Part shown: positions 32,187-35,019 of the stretch, piece by piece | Position numbering within the stretch: the stretch's first letter is position 1 | Layout: every line of letters starts with the position of its first letter | Assembly: GCA_050186555.1 (NCBI GenBank) | Contig: JBFWYJ010000001.1 | Coordinates: forward strand, 1 to 35,019 | Source of the DNA: Bacteroidia bacterium | GTDB taxonomy: Bacteria > Bacteroidota > Bacteroidia > B-17B0 > Aurantibacillaceae | Length of the DNA stretch: 35,019 nt | Reading direction: 5' to 3' | The notes under the pieces: model-generated | The model's input: only the letters and a program-made list of their open reading frames with translations | What the model was told of the DNA's origin: nothing | Databases searched by the model: none | Made by a program: the position numbers and the translations under genes

Positions 32187-35019
32187 GTGCGTAAATATTT
32201 ATTTGTTCTCCTATCCATATTTTCTGCTTCGAAAATATCGGCTCAGTTCTACTATGGTATGCAAATGGATTTTGGTAAAAACAGAATTCAATACCAAGAT
32301 TTTAACTGGACATATCTTGATTATAATAAATTTCGTGTTTATTCTTATGCAGGCGGTGGAGATATTGCCAAATATGTTGCCGTTTCCGTTAAAAATCAAA
32401 TGCCAATACTTGAAAAAAGATTGGAATTTCAGCTTGAAGATAAATTAAATGTCATTGTATATAACAACCAAAAAGATTTCAATCAAAGTAATTTGGGATT
32501 AAATTCCGATGAATCTAGCAACATTGGTGGTACAACAAAAATGATTGGCGACAAAATTTTTGTTTTTTTCAATGGCAGCCATGCCGATTTGGATAAACAA
32601 ATCCGATATGCATTAGCTGAATTAATGATAAAGCAAATGCTTTATGGTGGTAATGCAAGAGAAATGGTTAGAAATTCTACCTTACTTAATTTACCATACT
32701 GGTATACACAAGGCCTGGCTCAGTATTTGGCAGAAGGCTGGGACAGTAAGTATGATAATATGTTGTATGATGCTTTAAAAACAAATAGCATCGATAAGTT
32801 TAACAAGCTGTCCGGACAAAAAGCTGCGGACGCAGGACACGCTATATGGCATTATGTTGTAGATATGCATGGCGAATCTTATCTGCCAAATTTGCTTTAC
32901 ATGACAAAGATGAATCGCTCTCCGGACTATTCATTCTTGTTTGTATTAGGCATCTCCTTAGATAATTTATTGTATGATTTTATCGAAACACAAAACAGAC
33001 GTTTGTATATGTCTAAAGATTCTGCAAGAACTTCACCAATCAATAACAATTCTGTTCTAAAAAAATATAAGGCTAATGTTCACTATTACTGTCTAAAGAT
33101 TAGTCCTGATGCGAAAACAGTTGCTTATGCCACCAGTCAATTAAATCAATTGAAAGTTTTTGTGAAAGATATAGATGCGAAAAAACCGAAACGCGTTTTA
33201 AAATTTGGTCCAAAAATAGAACGTTTGGCTGATTACTCTTATCCATTGATGGATTGGCATCCTGATAAAACACACCTGGCTATAGTTTATGAAAAAAAGA
33301 ACCAGTTACGATTGTTAATCTATAACAAAGAAACGGGCGAAAAAAGAGAAAGAAATTTTCCTGGATTTGAAATTGTTAATTCCATATCATATGATTATAC
33401 CGGGAAAAAATTATTGGTTAGCGGTGTGAAGAAAGGAAAAGCCCAAAGTGATATCTTTGTGTTTACTGTAAACAATTCCGGTCTTGAGCAAATAACGGAT
33501 GATATTTGGGATGATAAAAATCCGGTGTTTGTAAAAAATTCAACCCAAATTGTATTTGAAAGTAATCGCACAAACGATACTCTTGGTTTAAAAGATGAGC
33601 AGCCTTATTTAAATAAATTTAACAGAAATATGGATTTATTTATGGCTAGTTACCCTTTGTCTAATCCTGTTTTAGTAAGAGTAACAAACACAAGAGACAT
33701 AGATGAGAAACTGCCTCAAGTATACAGTAATGATTATATAAGCTATGTTAGTGATAAGAATGGCATTTATAATCGATACATAGCCAAGTTCGATAGCGCT
33801 TTAGCATTTGTAGATACCACTGAACATTACAGATATTATTTTAACTCCAGATTAGTAGGGAATCTTGACAGAAACATCCTTGAGCAGGATTTTAACCAAA
33901 CCAGCACGCATGTAGCGGAGGTGTTTTATTACAAAGGAAAAGATTATCTGGCGGTTAGTCCTTTAAGCAAATTGAATGAAGTGCCCACGCCAAGCATTAA
34001 AGAAACCTGGTTTAAAATGACTTTCAAACCAATTCTTATTGATCCATATTTCTATGGTGCAAAAACATATGTGAATGAATTTATTACACCAACAGTATCA
34101 ACGCCTGTAAAAAAAGATGGAATTGATTTTGAAAACTATCAACTGACCGGCGACAAAAACAAAGTAGCAAACAATGAAAAAGAAGTTGTTAAACTTGATA
34201 CCGGAGCGGTTAAAAAGCCTACGAATGAAGACAAAACTTTTAAATTTCCTATTCAACAAAATTACTTTACATCATTCTATACAGATTACGTAGTAACACA
34301 ATTTGACAATTCATTTATGGGGACAAACTACCAAAGATTTTCAGGTGGGGGTTCGCCGGTGTATTTAAATCCGGGTTTAAACTTTCTCACAAAAATTGGT
34401 GTAAGCGATTTGTTTGAAGACCACAGAATAGTTGGTGCCTATAGATTTGCCGGGATTTCTGACTTATTTACGATAGGCGGAGTTGATAATGAATTTCTAA
34501 TTTCATATGAATACAGAAAAAAATTAATCGACCATCAATTTGTGGCGCATCGCCAAAGTTTTGTTAAGATTGATAATTTTTATGGCTTTCCTGCACGTGC
34601 ACATACTCACGATATAAGGTATACAGCAAAATATCCGTTTAACGAAGTTATGTCTTTAAGAGGGTCTGCCTTGTTGAGAAACGATAAGTTTGCCTACTTC
34701 TCTCTTGGCGATGTTTCATTACCGAAAAAACCTGATTATGATTTTTATAGCGGCTTGAGAATGGAATTTGTTTATGATAATACACGTCCGGTAATGTTAA
34801 ATATATTAAACGGCATTCGGGGAAAAGTTTGGGTTGAATACTGGAGAAGAATCACAAGCGATAGGCATGATTTAATAACCAGTGGTTTTGATTTCAGACA
34901 TTATCAAAAAATTCATCGTCAGTTAACATGGTGTAATCGTATTGCCGGGGGCAATTCTTTAGGTACAGACAGATTGTTATTTTATCTTGGTGGCGTAGAC
35001 AATTGGTTTAATGCCAGTT
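32187..35019 (+). CDS. Large outer-membrane protein, WD40/PD40-Omp85-like with a degenerate peptidase-like N-domain (partial, runs off the right edge)
   Basis: Not in the ORF track. GTG start at 32187 (alternative 32178) gives MRKYLFVLLSIFSASKISA|QFYYGMQMDFGKNRIQYQD. PD40-like segments (ISPDAKTVAY, WHPD, QITDDIWDDKNPVF) follow, then beta-barrel-like DLFEDHRI, DFRHYQKI and FYLGGVDNW. Confidence 0.8.
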   Translation, partial: MRKYLFVLLSIFSASKISAQFYYGMQMDFGKNRIQYQDFNWTYLDYNKFRVYSYAGGGDIAKYVAVSVKNQMPILEKRLEFQLEDKLNVIVYNNQKDFNQSNLGLNSDESSNIGGTTKMIGDKIFVFFNGSHADLDKQIRYALAELMIKQMLYGGNAREMVRNSTLLNLPYWYTQGLAQYLAEGWDSKYDNMLYDALKTNSIDKFNKLSGQKAADAGHAIWHYVVDMHGESYLPNLLYMTKMNRSPDYSFLFVLGISLDNLLYDFIETQNRRLYMSKDSARTSPINNNSVLKKYKANVHYYCLKISPDAKTVAYATSQLNQLKVFVKDIDAKKPKRVLKFGPKIERLADYSYPLMDWHPDKTHLAIVYEKKNQLRLLIYNKETGEKRERNFPGFEIVNSISYDYTGKKLLVSGVKKGKAQSDIFVFTVNNSGLEQITDDIWDDKNPVFVKNSTQIVFESNRTNDTLGLKDEQPYLNKFNRNMDLFMASYPLSNPVLVRVTNTRDIDEKLPQVYSNDYISYVSDKNGIYNRYIAKFDSALAFVDTTEHYRYYFNSRLVGNLDRNILEQDFNQTSTHVAEVFYYKGKDYLAVSPLSKLNEVPTPSIKETWFKMTFKPILIDPYFYGAKTYVNEFITPTVSTPVKKDGIDFENYQLTGDKNKVANNEKEVVKLDTGAVKKPTNEDKTFKFPIQQNYFTSFYTDYVVTQFDNSFMGTNYQRFSGGGSPVYLNPGLNFLTKIGVSDLFEDHRIVGAYRFAGISDLFTIGGVDNEFLISYEYRKKLIDHQFVAHRQSFVKIDNFYGFPARAHTHDIRYTAKYPFNEVMSLRGSALLRNDKFAYFSLGDVSLPKKPDYDFYSGLRMEFVYDNTRPVMLNILNGIRGKVWVEYWRRITSDRHDLITSGFDFRHYQKIHRQLTWCNRIAGGNSLGTDRLLFYLGGVDNWFNAS

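Noticed and set aside
1571-32448. The many 60-111 aa antisense or alternate-frame ORFs in the track (e.g. 1571-1753, 3325-3540, 23136-23345, 23573-23893, 26818-27135, 29264-29599, 32203-32448)
   Set aside because: They lie within or opposite well-supported genes and have no motifs; treated as shadow ORFs.
1-35019. CRISPR arrays, tRNA/rRNA genes, IS elements, prophage or defence genes
   Set aside because: No spaced direct repeats, cloverleaf or rRNA-like segments, or transposase, integrase or phage motifs were seen. Intergenic gaps are all under about 220 bp.

Overview
AT-rich, gene-dense chromosomal window from a Bacteroidota bacterium. The assignment rests on TAnnTTTG-type -7 promoter boxes, Gln at +1 after most signal peptides, a T9SS sorting domain and a cysS-glutaminyl cyclase pair. 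Content is mostly housekeeping and metabolic: polA (partial), cysS, SDR-type threonine dehydrogenase, trhO, hmgA/hppD, mqnB/mqnD, two PTPS/QueD paralogs plus folE, iaaA, ybaB, nadE, a class I aminotransferase, ferritin, an M20 dipeptidase and a partial WD40/Omp85-like gene. I found no tRNA/rRNA, CRISPR array, transposase or integrase. Best leads: (1) a Tat-signal PLP enzyme overlapping a RidA that has a signal/TM-like N-terminus, suggesting an extracytoplasmic enamine-producing/detoxifying module; (2) a four-helix-bundle gene bracketed by a perfect 17-bp inverted repeat inside the hmgA-hppD operon; (3) a pseudoknot-capable double-hairpin element just after ybaB; (4) a structured ~120-nt leader before PTPS-2/folE, and a PTPS with a hybrid CX5HGH/EX2HGH motif; (5) two 14-bp candidate LacI operators 42 bp apart. 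All calls come from motif recognition by eye; no searches were run.
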